NCBI GenBank assembly: GCA_905178155.1
Contig: CAJINV010000005.1
Location: forward strand, 2,730,054 to 2,794,053
Length of the DNA stretch: 64,000 bases
Source: Amoebophrya sp. A120
Lineage: Eukaryota > Protista > Dinoflagellata
Direction of reading: 5' to 3'
Part shown: positions 1 to 13,000 of the stretch, piece after piece
Layout of the letters: each line of letters starts with the position of its first letter
Position numbering within the stretch: the first letter of the stretch is position 1
Program-made: the position numbers and the translations under genes
Notes under the pieces: model-generated
What the model saw: only the letters and a program-made list of their open reading frames with translations
Database searches by the model: none
Told to the model about the DNA's origin: nothing

Positions 1-4
1 CTCC

Positions 5-3000
5 TTGAAGAGTGTATCGGCGGTGGGCGGGGGAGGAGGTGGTGTACAACTGGGTGGATCAAGATCTACTTCCAACACGACGAGTTCTATGGGCAATAAA
101 CCACTTTTCTTCGCCCGGGAACGGTCGATCCGGACGGGTTACCTACAGGATTCCACCCTCACCGCGGAGAACTTCGGGTTTGAAACCGCGGGCGACGAGG
201 AGATTTTCCAGCTGCTCCAGGACCAATACAAGGAAGAAGTCGTCCCCTTCGACCAGGCCGCGCTCGCCGCGGGCAGGACGCCGGGGGTGCTACCCGGCTC
301 CGTTGCGGACGTGAACTTCGCGATGGGAGGAGGTGGAAGTGGAACTACATCAAACTACAAAAACAGCACGCAAAACTCCTCGTCGTCCGCGGGCAATATG
401 CTGAACTACAACACGTCGCAGAACCATTTGGGGTCCTCCTTTCTGCAAAACACAATGGCAGACGTCTCCGGGCCCTACCGGTCCGTGCGCCAGATGCAAA
501 CCCCCCAGCACGTCGGGCCGAACGGCGAACTTTTAAATCTCGCCGGCGCTCAATCCAACCCGTATCCTGTGCAAAAGTATCGTACTCGTACAAATGCAAG
601 TCTTGCATTACAAATCTTGTTTCCAAGGCAAATCTGCATTACAAATTTTATTTCTCATGCTGGGGAAATTTGTAATGCATTTATACGATTACGATACTTT
701 TGCACTGCATAACCCGGGCAGTCAGCCCAACATCGGGTACAAGCCCTACTTGCCGGCGAACTCCACCGCCATGCCGGAGTTGACGAAAATACAGAGAATC
801 ATCCTCCACCGATTCCAGCAGGACCAGCCGACCAAGCTCTTCCCCCATGCGTACCGCGTGCCCGCGTTGAACAGAACACCTCTGCGGGAGCTGGTTCTCC
901 TCGTTTTGAAAGAAGCGCTCGCAGTGTTACCGAAAGACCAGGACCACGCGGAAGCCCCGGCCAGCGACAAGCAGAACGAGAAGATCCGCTTGGCGATCGC
1001 GGTGTTAGGTTTGGCGAAAAACTACCAGGAGGAGCACATCGATTTGGACCCAGCGAGACAGGGCGGGACCTACTTGACGAACAGTTGCTTCCAGGGCTTG
1101 TACTTCCTGGCGGAGAACTACCCGGACAACCTGGACTCAGTTTCTGATTTGTACCAACGGTTGGATGAGGTCGCGCTCGCGCCGGTCGTGATATCATCAA
1201 CCTCTTCAGGCGATGTAATTGGTGGAGGACGTAGCAGGACCACTGCGGGACAGCAACATCATCATGGCGCGATCCCACATTCCCGGTCGAAGTCTACCGC
1301 CGGTTCGCAGCACGAACCTCATAGTTCCGCCCGGTCAAGCGGGCGGAGGCACTCCGGAGACAGAACCGCACTGCAATCCGGAGGAGCCCAGCGCTCCGTT
1401 TCCGCCACTTCCGGGGCGGGTGGCGCTAACAAAAGCCGATCGCCCCGACTGTCCTCCGCGTCGCGCTCCGGGTCACCCAGACAGCCGCATCTTTCGCCGC
1501 GGTTGCAGGCTGCGGGCAGAGCAGGAGGACATTCTAGGAGTAAAACGACCAGACAGGAGAAGCGCACGAAGATCCACCCGTCCTGCCTCCCGTCGCGGGC
1601 GCAGCTGAGACAGTACAGCGACTTATCGATCGAAAGGAACCACAAAGAGTATTTACTCGTTCTGGAATTGATTCTCCAGTGCGTCCGGATTGCGGAGTTC
1701 CGCGAGGTGGGGTTGAGACTGCTCTCGACCAGCTTCAAATCTAGATACCGTGTGTTAGACTCCATCGCGGACAGCCGGACGGAGTCCTTCCGCTACCGCC
1801 CCGCCTTTCTGCACCGAATCCTTCTCTCCCAGGCAGTGACGCTGTTCAAACTGCAAACCTTGGAATTGTCTCTCGTCCACAAGCTCGCCGCGGAGTTCCG
1901 GACTAAAATGCTGCTCGGGATGAGAACGACGAACAGCGGAATCAATAGTAGGAAGAAGCTGTTGCACAAACAGTTCGGAATGGTGCAGGAGCACGAAGAC
2001 TACATGGAATTGGAATCGGAAAACCTCTTCGAAGACCCGACTATCGATGGCACGAGCGCCACCGCCGGGCTGTTGCTCACGCCCGCGGAGCGGCAGCGCG
2101 GCGAGTTCTTCCAGGCGACCACGCAGAACCTTGCGGACGAACTGGTCAGCCGCGTGAACCAGGTGACAAGCAGCAACGAGCCGCTATTTGCGGCGAACAT
2201 GCGGCATCTAATGGACGGGTTGGCGCAGCTGTCGCCGGCGGATATTGGAAGTGGTGGTCCTCGTGGGGGGTCAACAGCGTCCTCATCGAGCGCCGGCGTT
2301 GCTGGAATCAGGTCGTCCTCCTCCGCATCCCTACCCCTGGATCTCGAGCAGTACTTGAAGCTCGCCCTGGACGGCTCGCAAACGCGGTCGAAGTACTACG
2401 ACGAGCCTGCGGACGCCGCGAAGAGGAGAAAAACAGGTTCTACTGCGAGGAATTTCGGTAGTGGGAGTAGCACCAGTCAGCACTTTTGTGCGGAGATCGC
2501 GGCGGAGCAGGGGATGTTTGTGGAAAATTCATCATCGACGCTGTTCAATGCGGGAGGTACAACTGCTGGTGGTCCTCCTCCTACCGACGCCGGTCGTGGT
2601 CCCGGGAATTATATGGCATCAAGCAATCCAGCGAATAATTCTTCACAGCTGGCGTTGATGGACTACGGGCAGCAGCAGATGAGCAATGTCCCCTTTAACC
2701 AACAAGCAATCAACACCAATTACACGGCCACCACCTCCAAAACCGCGACCTCCAATGCCCTTTTCTACGACACCTCCAGTTTCTACCAGCTCGCCGGGCT
2801 TCTGTTTCTCACCCCCTACTTCGAAAGCCAGCGGCAGGTGCAGTCCATGACCACGTACGGCACGTCCACCGGCTCCATGGGCTATTCTGAGTAAAAACGT
2901 CCCCACCCCAGAGTTGTCATGCAATTCTGCATGCCAAAAAAGTAAAAGTTTCTCATGCGGAGCCCTATGAGAAGCATTCTCTCTTCGTGTTTTGGGATTT

Positions 3001-6000
3001 GTGATGCTAGAATCAGCATGACATGCTAGATCTGTGATGCTTCTGAGCTAGCTAAACAGGATTACACTACGTGGACAAACTTGTCATGCCAAACAACCAA
3101 AGCTGTGTGATTTGTCTAGCAGATGACTCTGTTGTGGGGACGTTTTTAATCAGGATATGGCCATGCCCGTGAACAGTGTGTTGTCGACGAACCCGGGTAC
3201 TCTGGCCTATCTGGATTTGCGAGCCCGGAACGTGTGCAACTTCCTCCACCAGCAGAACCGGCGGAAGATTGCCGCGGACTTGACGACCGAACTGGGACAA
3301 ACCTTCACGGAATTTCTCTACTGGACCCTGATCTACACGAAGCCGGACCACGAGTCGCTCCGAAGTTCGTTCCGGAACCTGATCGACGCCGGGATTTTGT
3401 CGGCGGAAAAGGAGTTTTTCAAGCAAAAACTCCTCGCGGAGACCACCGCGACGGGGTCCAGCTCGAAGCAGTTCTTGATGGTGTACTCCAGTCAAAACGC
3501 GGCGCTGCAGATCCAACTGACAGAAGCCGCGCGGCAGGAGTTCTGTGCGAACTTGCTGTACTTGGTCACGAACAGCTTGTTGAAAGCGTCGGCTGAACTT
3601 CTTGCGGAGAGGACAGGAGCACGGGAAGAAATATCAAATCCTGAAGAGAAGACACAGAAGATTTTCGCCACGACCGCCACCATCGACAACGCGAACGGGT
3701 CGGTTCCCATGTCGTTCTTCCACAACTTGGCCCAGAAGCTGTTCAGCTTTTTACCCGTTTTGAATAGCGGGACCTCCTCCGCGTCAAAGTTGGCGATTTA
3801 CAGTGCACTCATACAGCTGCTGGGGAAGATTTGCGGCACAGAAGTAGATCTTGCTGGAGATGAACCAAATTCAACTAGAGTAGAACAACGAGAGTCCTCT
3901 CAGACGAATCCTCACACGAGAAAATTCCTGGTTTCCTCTACCACCGAGCACGACCAGTCGGTGAGTATGCTGCTGCAGGATGCGTTGGCGAATGCGAAAC
4001 TAGATTCGAACTCCATCAACATCGCGGTGTCCAGCCTGTCCGTGCTCCGTTTTTTGGTCGAGAGAGACGAGGTTTTGCTTTCCGCCAATTCCACCTACCT
4101 CTGGCAGTGCCTGAAGCAGATTCTGAACCAGGCCTTCCGGTTCGCGAAGCAGACGAAGGACATGCGGTTCGTCCGGGCGGTGCAGGCGTTGGTTGTGGCA
4201 ATGAAACTGCAGGAGGAGAGGGGGGATAGCAGTGTAGCAGGCGACATGGACAACGACCAAGATGCACCATTTGCAGCAAGAACATCCGCAGGTAATACTA
4301 GCGACGACGGTCTATCAGGAGCATCAAGCTTCGTTACCGCCATGTACGAATCTGGTTTTCTTTCCCTCTGGTTCCAGGGCGCCGCCAGCATTTTCCTCTC
4401 AAGCGAAATCGCCGGAAGTGGGCTGGGCTTCGGCTCCTTGACCTCCGCCGCGGGAATTAATACTCATGGCGCCGGGGCCCCGGGTTACAACTTCAGCAGA
4501 GGCGCAGGAGGACGGGCGAATTCATCTTTGCAGAGAACAAGATCCGAAACCGCTGTGTTGGAAGCCACGGCGCTCACCCTGATCCAGTTTCTGGCGACCA
4601 TGATAGTCGTGGAAACCGATGAGGGAACCAATGAAGGAACAAATCAGCCGTTTTACCTGTGTCAGGAGCAACTCTTTCAGGAGCTGGAGTCCTTTCTGGT
4701 CAACTGCGTCGAAAAATCCCAACTGGTCCAGGAATCCTGTACCAACGCCGTCCGAGATTTAACCACGATCTCCGCGCTCGGAGTCTCAGGGACGAGTGGC
4801 GGCGGATTTCTGTCCTACAATAGCGACGCGATGCCGAGTTTCAACAACCCGCCAAGAAGTAGGATGAATACCAGAACTGCACAACACCAGCAGCATTCAA
4901 ACCTTCAGCGATCGATGCAGCGAGCAGCTTCGTCAAAGTCCGCCTCCTCCGTCTCGATTGCGTTGCTGTCCCAAATCCTGGCGCTTCTCAGCAGCTGCAG
5001 CACGCACTCGCACTTATCCTACGTGGAGACAGGGACGCAGGAGTTGAGTAGCTCCAGCGGAATTATGGCAGGAAGGAATCTATCGAACCTAGTAGCGCAG
5101 CAGACGACAACGCTCGCAATCAGGAATGACAACGGGAATGCATCGATGGGAGTCGACGTAAGTTCCGGCGCACCAGCACAACAAGTGGGGGTAGGAGCCG
5201 CAGGAACAACATCTGCGCCTTCCCAAGCAGTTCCGTCGATAAGCAAGCGATCGCTCCTCCTGTCGCAATTGGGTAAGGACCTGCTGATTGCGTGTTCCGC
5301 CTCTGCGGGCCTGAATCGGGACGCAAGCGACATGACCATGCATTTGTTGAACATTTTCCGCCTGGACCTGACAGCACTGATAACCGGGCCACGGGCGGCG
5401 AGAATACCGGACACGCGAAGTCTATTGCAGCAGACCGCGCCAGGTACGACTAAGTATATATAAGTAGAGTTGTCCTCGTGGTCGGTATACATAGTGCCTT
5501 ACATCACGCGTTCGATTGCTACACACTTAAAACATTTTTGAGGGGGAATGCAGGCTAACTTAGCAAACCTCCAGTAGTTGTGATGCAGAAAAACCATGAA
5601 TCAAATTCAAATTTTAATTTCAGGTAACCTCCCCTCTGGTTTTTCCGCGGGTGGAAGTCTGTTGGGTGCCGTGCGAAATTTCTTCACCGGCCAGAGACAA
5701 TCGTCGCCCTACAGCAGGCCACAGCCAAGAGACACGACGGCGCAACCGCAGCAGAGCGGCGGTGTTTACAATGGTGCCGCAAGTAGAACTACAAGTAGCT
5801 TCCCCGCGAACCAACAAGACACCAGCACCTATAACCCGATGCTCGACGGCCAGCAGCTCGCAGAAGAGATTGACGCTTCCGGGCGGTTGCTCACCCTGGC
5901 CGAGGCCAGCCGACGCCTCAACACCACCGCTGCGGGGCTGCAGTACGCGATGATGCACCATGGTAGTGGAATGGATCATCAGACGGAAAAGGAAAATTTG

Positions 6001-6165
6001 CTGTCCGTCGTCCAGGCACTAAAAGAGAATTTGCTGTACACCTTGGTCCTCTACGCCGTCTTCCTGGGACGACCCATCCAGGAGGTGCTGGGGGCTGAGC
6101 AGCCTCTGGTCAGCTTTGAAGACCTGAAGGAAAGCCTGTTTTTGCGAGAATTACTGCTGGTGTAG
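5..6165 (+). CDS. Large hypothetical protein, alpha-helical with low-complexity insertions, probably 5'-truncated by the window; exons ~5-562, 717-2882, 3163-5443, 5624-6165
   Basis: ORFs 5..712, 594..2894, 3157..5463 and 5596..6165 join in frame after removing two TIR/TSD inserts (QSNP|GSQP; GSM(G/A)|MPVN) and one GT-AG intron (5444-5623). No family recognised. Confidence 0.7.
563..711. mobile_element. Introner (non-canonical intron, MITE-like), 149 bp
   Basis: Left end TATCCTGTGCAAAAGTATCGTA; right end reverse complement TATGCAGTGCAAAAGTATCGTA; TSD ACCCG (558-562, 712-716); removing 154 nt restores the frame. Confidence 0.9.
2883..3157. mobile_element. Introner, 275 bp
   Basis: TIR TAT(T/C)CTGA(G/T)TAAAAACGTCCCCAC; TSD TGGGC/TGGCC; removing 280 nt fuses the 766-aa and 768-aa ORFs. 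Confidence 0.9.
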
Positions 6166-7008
6166 CAGTATAATTCTTGAGATGTAGCAGGTGGCTCTCT
6201 GTAGCTGAAGCAGACTATTATTGAATAATCTTCGACAAAAGCCAGATGCAGGTGGTGCAATTACGCATTTACAATATTGGCACTTTTTGTCGCGATAAAG
6301 CATCGACTCGCGCAATGGGTTGGTGTGAGGTATTATGTGTAACGTTCTAAACTAAATCACGAGGTCCTGCTGTACCTCTAGGTGGAATGATTCGTATAGC
6401 TGATGATCTGCACGCAATTTACAAAAAATGTTCTACCACAACAAGCAACGCAGCACAGGTTGATCGAAAGCGACTGAATCAATTTTGACGCGCAGTGAAG
6501 CGCTAAGCAGGTGGTCAAGATGGTGCGTGTCAGCACCCTTCATCGTCTCGCGTACTAGGAGTGTTCGTTTCGCCGCCAAGGAATTTTTTGGGGCGATGCT
6601 GTACTCGCTGTGAGTTCGACTTCGACATTCACCGTGAGCAACAATTTGCACTTCTACTTCTACAGGAAAGGAAAATTATTGATGTAGCAGGAGAGATCAT
6701 GATCATGATGTTGGTGTGCTTCAAATGTTGCAAATGTTGATTTGATCGTTCCGACGTGAAAATGAGCGGAGAGTATGAGATCCCATGCAGTTCCGGCAAT
6801 TAATGAAAGCACTCAACTACTTTTCTTTGATGAATGCGACTGAAAGAAATTGCAGTGAGGATCGCGTATGTCGTAGGTGAAACTTCTAAATGTGTGGCTG
6901 TAAGAGAAAGCATCCGCGCGATAAAAATGTCGTGGGAGTGCCAACTAGCACCAAAAGCGATTGATGGCTTAATTAATTTCCAATTTGTGATGATCTATTG
7001 AACTGCGA

Positions 7009-9123
7009 ATGGTCAGCACCAGCATCGTCACCGGCGTGGTCACTTCGCGGAAGAAGCTACGGACAGGAGTGGTTGTGTACGTAGAACCTACCGAATCAGA
7101 AGACGTCGATCATGGCTGCAAGAGACAGCGTGAATCGGTGGAGTCAAAAGCACCTGCCAACGCGAGCGACAGAGGGGTTGAGCTTTCATGCCGACTCGGA
7201 CTCAACGTCAACACCACGAGTACAATCCGGCTCTTCATCGCTAGACCAAGTGCAACGACCGGTGAAAAAGTCGCTGTTGCCGAGATTTTCGATTTTGTGC
7301 CTCCCCAGGCAGCTGTCGAGGAACGCCAGGAGGGAGCAGAAGAGAAATTACGCAATACGGCCCGCATCGCACCAGAAGGTGAAGATGCCAAAACTTTTGA
7401 AGATCATTTCCGACTCTACCGTGAGAAAGTGGCACACACGCACGTTGGAAGCCGGTTGCGGATTCGAGTGGACCCGACGAATCCTGCAAAGCCGGCGGAA
7501 CTAGTTTTCGGGGACGATGCTGTCTGTGATGACTGCCAAGTTGTGGGAGACGACCAGGCCAGCGGCAAAGCAGCTGGCGCTTCTCAACTTTCTTGCGGCG
7601 CCGACGCAGGAGCAACGCCGCGGCTAGTTATTGGGACCGAAATAAGCGGCCCACAGAGCAGGAACGAAGCAGACGGGCCTGAAACAACCCAATGCGTCGA
7701 AGATGAAAGTTGTTTCGATCATTCAGAGACATCATCAGACAGGCGCTTGTGCCCAGCTTTGCGACGAAAAGCGATCATGCAGCTCCTCTGCAGAAGAGGA
7801 CACGATTCTTCCGACTCCGAAAAAGCCGAAGCCAGCGAAAGAGCAGACCGGATCACCAGCCTTGTTCGACGTATATTCAGCGAAGCCATGGCGCAAACGT
7901 GTTTTTTGAAGGATTCTTCAAGGTGCACTAAACCAAGAGCCATCAGTGGCAACACGCCTATCCTTCCTACTCCGAAGCCAAAGAAGTGCTTCCTGCAATT
8001 TCGACACGAGCCTACAGAGGCCGACTTGCAAGATATCCGAGCCGCAGCGTCTCAAAGTCGAGAAAGCCAAAGGATAAACCGACAAACAGTGGCGAGACAG
8101 GTTTTTTCTGCCAGTGGGTGCGCGAATGAAACGGACATGAATAGCCATGGAGAGAAAATTTCGCAGCCAGCATCAGCAACCGTCGCTGACGGGATCGAAG
8201 CCACTTCGAAGCACCGGCGCGCCCACTGTTTTGCGAAATGGATCGTGGAGACGTACCAGGAGAGGCTGAAGCTGCTAGATCGGAAAACTTCTATTATCCT
8301 AGACGTGGCGGGCGGTACGGGGGACTTGTCGGTGATCCTGCGGAGCGAATACGGCTTCGAAAATGTCTTCACCGTAGACCCCTGGAAACCGGAAAAGTGG
8401 AAAAAATGGCAACTGCGGAAAATCATGAACGTTTCTCGTCAAGACCAAGAGCATGGGCGAAGAACAAAAACGTGCGGCGAACTATCAAACAGGAACACTA
8501 CGACCGAACTCACAAAAGAAAGTTATCAGGCCATTGATGAGTACACCGAAGCTGCAGCACTACTCGACCGGTTTTTCGTGCGGGAAAAGTTCGATTTTTC
8601 GTCTGCCCCTTCGCCAAAGCTATCCTCCCTGATCCAAAATTGCGACCTGATCGTGGGTCTGCATCCTGACCAAGCGACGGAGCCGATCGTGGCCGTAGCG
8701 GGAAAATTGAGGAAGCCAATGTGCGTCGTGCCGTGCTGCGTCTTTGCAGATCAGTTCCCGGAAAGGCGGCTGAAAGTCGTGGAAGCAGATCGGAAGGAAG
8801 AGCGACAGAGTAACCTCCTCTGCGACGACGATGAAGAAGGTGATTTTGGATTAGTGTGTGAAGAGGCCCCCGCCTCGGCTGCGAGTGTAGTGTCTGAAGA
8901 AGAGCCAATCGTTTGGCAGCCGGTCCGGGATTACCCGAGTTTTTTAAAGTACCTGCGACAGCGATACGCACCTACTACGGACGCATCCGACTCGGTCCAT
9001 AAATCCGGTTTCGCGGCGGGAGACGGAGGCTTGGGCAACAGCATCGAGTGTGCCGCGTTGCCGATGCCAGGAAAAAGTCTGGTGCTGTACACGATGATCA
9101 CGACATCAACAACTCACTGCTAG
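7009..9123 (+). CDS. SAM-dependent methyltransferase-like protein (TRM44-like C-terminal motifs)
   Basis: Intronless 704-aa ORF with ILDVAGGTGDLS (SAM motif I), IVGLHPDQATEPIV and VVPCCVF. Confidence 0.7.
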   Translation: MVSTSIVTGVVTSRKKLRTGVVVYVEPTESEDVDHGCKRQRESVESKAPANASDRGVELSCRLGLNVNTTSTIRLFIARPSATTGEKVAVAEIFDFVPPQAAVEERQEGAEEKLRNTARIAPEGEDAKTFEDHFRLYREKVAHTHVGSRLRIRVDPTNPAKPAELVFGDDAVCDDCQVVGDDQASGKAAGASQLSCGADAGATPRLVIGTEISGPQSRNEADGPETTQCVEDESCFDHSETSSDRRLCPALRRKAIMQLLCRRGHDSSDSEKAEASERADRITSLVRRIFSEAMAQTCFLKDSSRCTKPRAISGNTPILPTPKPKKCFLQFRHEPTEADLQDIRAAASQSRESQRINRQTVARQVFSASGCANETDMNSHGEKISQPASATVADGIEATSKHRRAHCFAKWIVETYQERLKLLDRKTSIILDVAGGTGDLSVILRSEYGFENVFTVDPWKPEKWKKWQLRKIMNVSRQDQEHGRRTKTCGELSNRNTTTELTKESYQAIDEYTEAAALLDRFFVREKFDFSSAPSPKLSSLIQNCDLIVGLHPDQATEPIVAVAGKLRKPMCVVPCCVFADQFPERRLKVVEADRKEERQSNLLCDDDEEGDFGLVCEEAPASAASVVSEEEPIVWQPVRDYPSFLKYLRQRYAPTTDASDSVHKSGFAAGDGGLGNSIECAALPMPGKSLVLYTMITTSTTHC

Positions 9124-10033
9124 CCTGAGTAAATGTCTGTATACACATACGGTTTCGAGAATGTTAGCGACGATCTTTCTACTTAACATGCGACTTGGCG
9201 ACAGATTTTCGTATTCCGCAGGTTGACGACAATGACGCCGGCTTTCCGCGCTGACTCTTTCCGACGTCGTGTCCATACATTGTGCTACACCTTGAAGATC
9301 TAAATCATAAGGTATCGCAAGCAATGGAAGGAGCTGTTCATCGCCGCCCATATGCGCACCGCCACCGGCACCTGTCGTCGTAGCAAAATAAAATACGTTT
9401 CGTAGTCATGTGTGTCCTCGTTCTTCGATTCATTTGCCTCGTTATTTCTCCAACTCCGAGACCGAGTCATCGTCATGTTTGATCGTTGCATCTCTTCGTA
9501 GACTTCAACATTTCGAGAGGCGGGCAAAAATACTGCAGAGAGGCTGGTGAGAGACGTCGACGCGTCGGTGTCGTCTGTGCTTGAGCGGCGAGAATACCAG
9601 GACCTAGCGCTAGGGTTTGTCTATCTTGTTTTTGACATGCATTTCTTGCGATTGTTCTTGCAGTTTAGAGAGTAAAGCCACTAGGGCTAAGTACGACCAA
9701 GCAGTCTCACTTCTACAAAGACAGTCATGTATGTGACTTTTCAATTATCATAACCACAACAAGGGTCATGCTTTGGCGCAGCATCTGTGGCTCTGCCTTC
9801 GTCCTCCAAAGGTAGAATCGAGGTCGAGCAGTCTCCGCGTTTTCGGCATAGCTTCTCCACGCGTGGCGCGCTCGACATGCGTTTTCTCTTTCTGCCGCCG
9901 ATATCGTAACCAGCCGCGACCAATGGGCTCCGGTCGTGGTATCTCGTCCTGCATGTGAAGCAGGGGCACTGCAGGACGACGTAGTTCTAGTTGTTGGTAG
10001 AACTTCTAAATCCACTTCGAAATCAACAACATC

Positions 10034-13000
10034 ATGTTTGGCAACAGCAAGAAGCTCGAAGAGCTGGAGAATCAGCTCAAGGAAACGCAGGAAAAGCTCA
10101 CCGCTGCAAACTCCACCATCCAAGCCAACACTGGGGAGATCACAAAATTGAAGGCGGTAAACCTTTTTGGGTTGTAGTTGTATATGTATGCACTTCGAAA
10201 TCTGCATATGTTACGACACGGCAGCCAGCTAGATGTTATAGAATGGTGACTAGTACGACACTGAGATTGATCAATTTCAATGCCAAAACATCACGATCAC
10301 AAAACACAGGAGGAGAAGAAGACCAAAGACGCGCTGACCAAGAAGGAGCAGGATGCGAAAAAGCTGCAGCAGGACAAGGAGAAAGTAGACAAGGAAAAGC
10401 AAAGCCTCCAGAAGGAAATCAAAGATAAGTGGGAGAAGGACCTGAAAACTGCGAAGGACAAAGCGGCCGAGGATAAAAAGAAACTGAAGGAAAAGCACAA
10501 CGATTTACAAAAGGAGAGGGATGAACTGCAGAAAGAGACGGACGAAAGGATAAAATCGCTTTCCCTGGAGAAGCAACTTCTCGAGCAGAGCAAGGCGGAG
10601 TTGGAGGAGAAAAAACAGGTTTTGGAGACAACTCTGGAGCGGAAAAACAACATCATCCAACTCCAGGAAGAGGATTCGCAGACGGCGAAGTTTTTTTTGG
10701 ACGTCAGTATCGATGGGTGCGAGTTCGCCAAGCCCTTTCCGTATTTTTTGACCGTCCAGCTGGGCGACGAATTTACAAATCCGCGGAAAACGGAAACCTC
10801 CGCGTCCACACAGTACCCGGAGTTCGAAAACAGCTCGTTTTTGCTGCCCTTCCACGACGAGGACACGGAGAACCAGTTACTACTGAAGTGCTTTGTCGTG
10901 GTAAATCCGGAGCGCGGGGACGAGTCGACGGTGAAGCAACTAGGCGAAGCGGTGGTGTCCTTGCACGAGCTGGGCGCGTTGAAGTCCGAGCGGCAGGATC
11001 CGAGGTTACAGGAGTTGAGGCAGAAGACCATAGTGCAAAACGCGAGTTTTCTGCGCAGGATAGACGGGGCTGGTACTGGAGCTTCGAAATCATTTACTCA
11101 TAGAAATCGATTTTCCACCTGTTCTTAAAAGTGATCTACGTCAGAAGTCACCCGGGTAGTATTAAGACGCGCCGTCGTGCGGATCTAAATCAAACCTTTA
11201 CCTTTGTACACGTATCCAGGTAAAGAGGCCGACGTGGTTCTTGTCGGCAAGTCCATGTTGCGTATCGAGAAAAAGCTGCTAAAGCCGTCGGAGTCGCTGA
11301 AACTCCAGCTCCAAAGTGCCGATGGCGCCACGGAAATAGAGCGAGTGCGCGACAAAGCACTCGCTGAGGAGCTGAACCAGGGATTATGGTAGTAGATGTA
11401 GATTGCTTTGTGAAAAAGAACTTCGTTGATACTTTTCGACGAGAATGAGTTATGGCGCTTTTCATGCATTTGGAACTTGGGTTGCACTCCAACACAATCA
11501 GGACCATGATCTGCGTTCACATGTAACCAAAAACCCCATCCCCAGGCTCGTTACCCCGTTTCAGCACCGGCTCCGTATCCTTTGCCACTGCGCCAAGGAC
11601 ATTCTGTACCAACAGGGCGGGGGTTCCAGCTCCTCCTCAGCGCCAGCACCCGGTGCTGCAGAAAAGGTGGGCGTTCCAGCAGGAGGAGAAAATATTCGTA
11701 GTGCTGCAGGAGGTACAACAACTTCTATCGACAATAGCCTGATCACCGGCACCGAAGAGAAAAGCTCCTCCTCCACTGCAAATCATCCGTCCAACACAAA
11801 AGGCACCAAACTCGTTGTCACGGCCCGAATTTTGAAATTTGACGGCACTGTCCTCTACGAAGTTCCATCGACCGAACACGAATTGAGTTCCGCGCAGTTC
11901 GGCACGGCGAGTCGGGCAGACATTCTAGATTACTTGCTAGTGAATGAAGAACTTGTGCTGCCGTTACCCAACACAAATTCGCTCTACGACGACCCTGGCG
12001 GAACGAGTTCCTCAAACGTTTTACGGGACCAGCGGTGCGAACTTTCGATCACAGTGACAAATAGGAAGCATGTGCAGGAGATTTTTTCCGTCCAGTTTTT
12101 TTTGAACGTGTTGCCCGCGTTCGAGCCGGTCACGGTTCACTGCGCGCCAATATCAAATGTAAAAATGTCTGGGTCTGGAAGATTGCAACTTGTGATGCTG
12201 TCTCTGCATTATACAAAAATCTGTATTGCATGACCAGCAAGAGGGCTCCAGTTTGTGCTACATGGAGAGGGTATTTCTCATGCGCTATAGGCATCAGAAA
12301 GCCCGCTAAAAATCTGTGATGCCAGGTTCTGCATTACAGACGTCATGCGTCTTGTAAAATCTGCATGAGCATGACATCCAGACCCAGACATTTTTACATT
12401 TGATAGCCAAGCGGAAGCAGCACTTCAAATTTGTCCAGTGTGGTGATGATGGGCAACGGAAGAGAAGGAACGGCTTCACAATCGGAATTCTCGAACAATA
12501 AGCCACCCAAACCGCAGCTGTGCTTCACTGTCACTCGAGAAATCCCCCTGCCCGACATAGCGGAGACCTACCACGGTCTGGAATTTCGCTGCCACGGGAT
12601 TCCGACAGCGAGGCCTTTGCCAGAAATGGCGAATCACGCGGTTCTGCTGGTCTCGCCAGATTTCCCCACGACCGCGGAGACAAATATGCCGTCGCCGCGG
12701 GTCACGGTTGTGAGGTATAGGAGGATATTATGCTGTTTCGAAGTCTTTAGTTGTGTTTGGAAGTCTTTCGTTGTTCCGAATGTTTTTTATTGCATGGCCG
12801 TAGTGGTTGCCATTTTGATTTTGCTACTTGAGCAAATAATAATAATTAAATCTGGTGCTCGTGCTGGTGCTCCTGGTGAATCCGAATACAAATTGAAATT
12901 GCCTCGTGAATCATCATGCACATAAAAAACGAAGTGCAAGAATAACTACGCCCCTCAGATACCAGTACGACACGCAGCGCGATCTGACGTCGATCCTCGA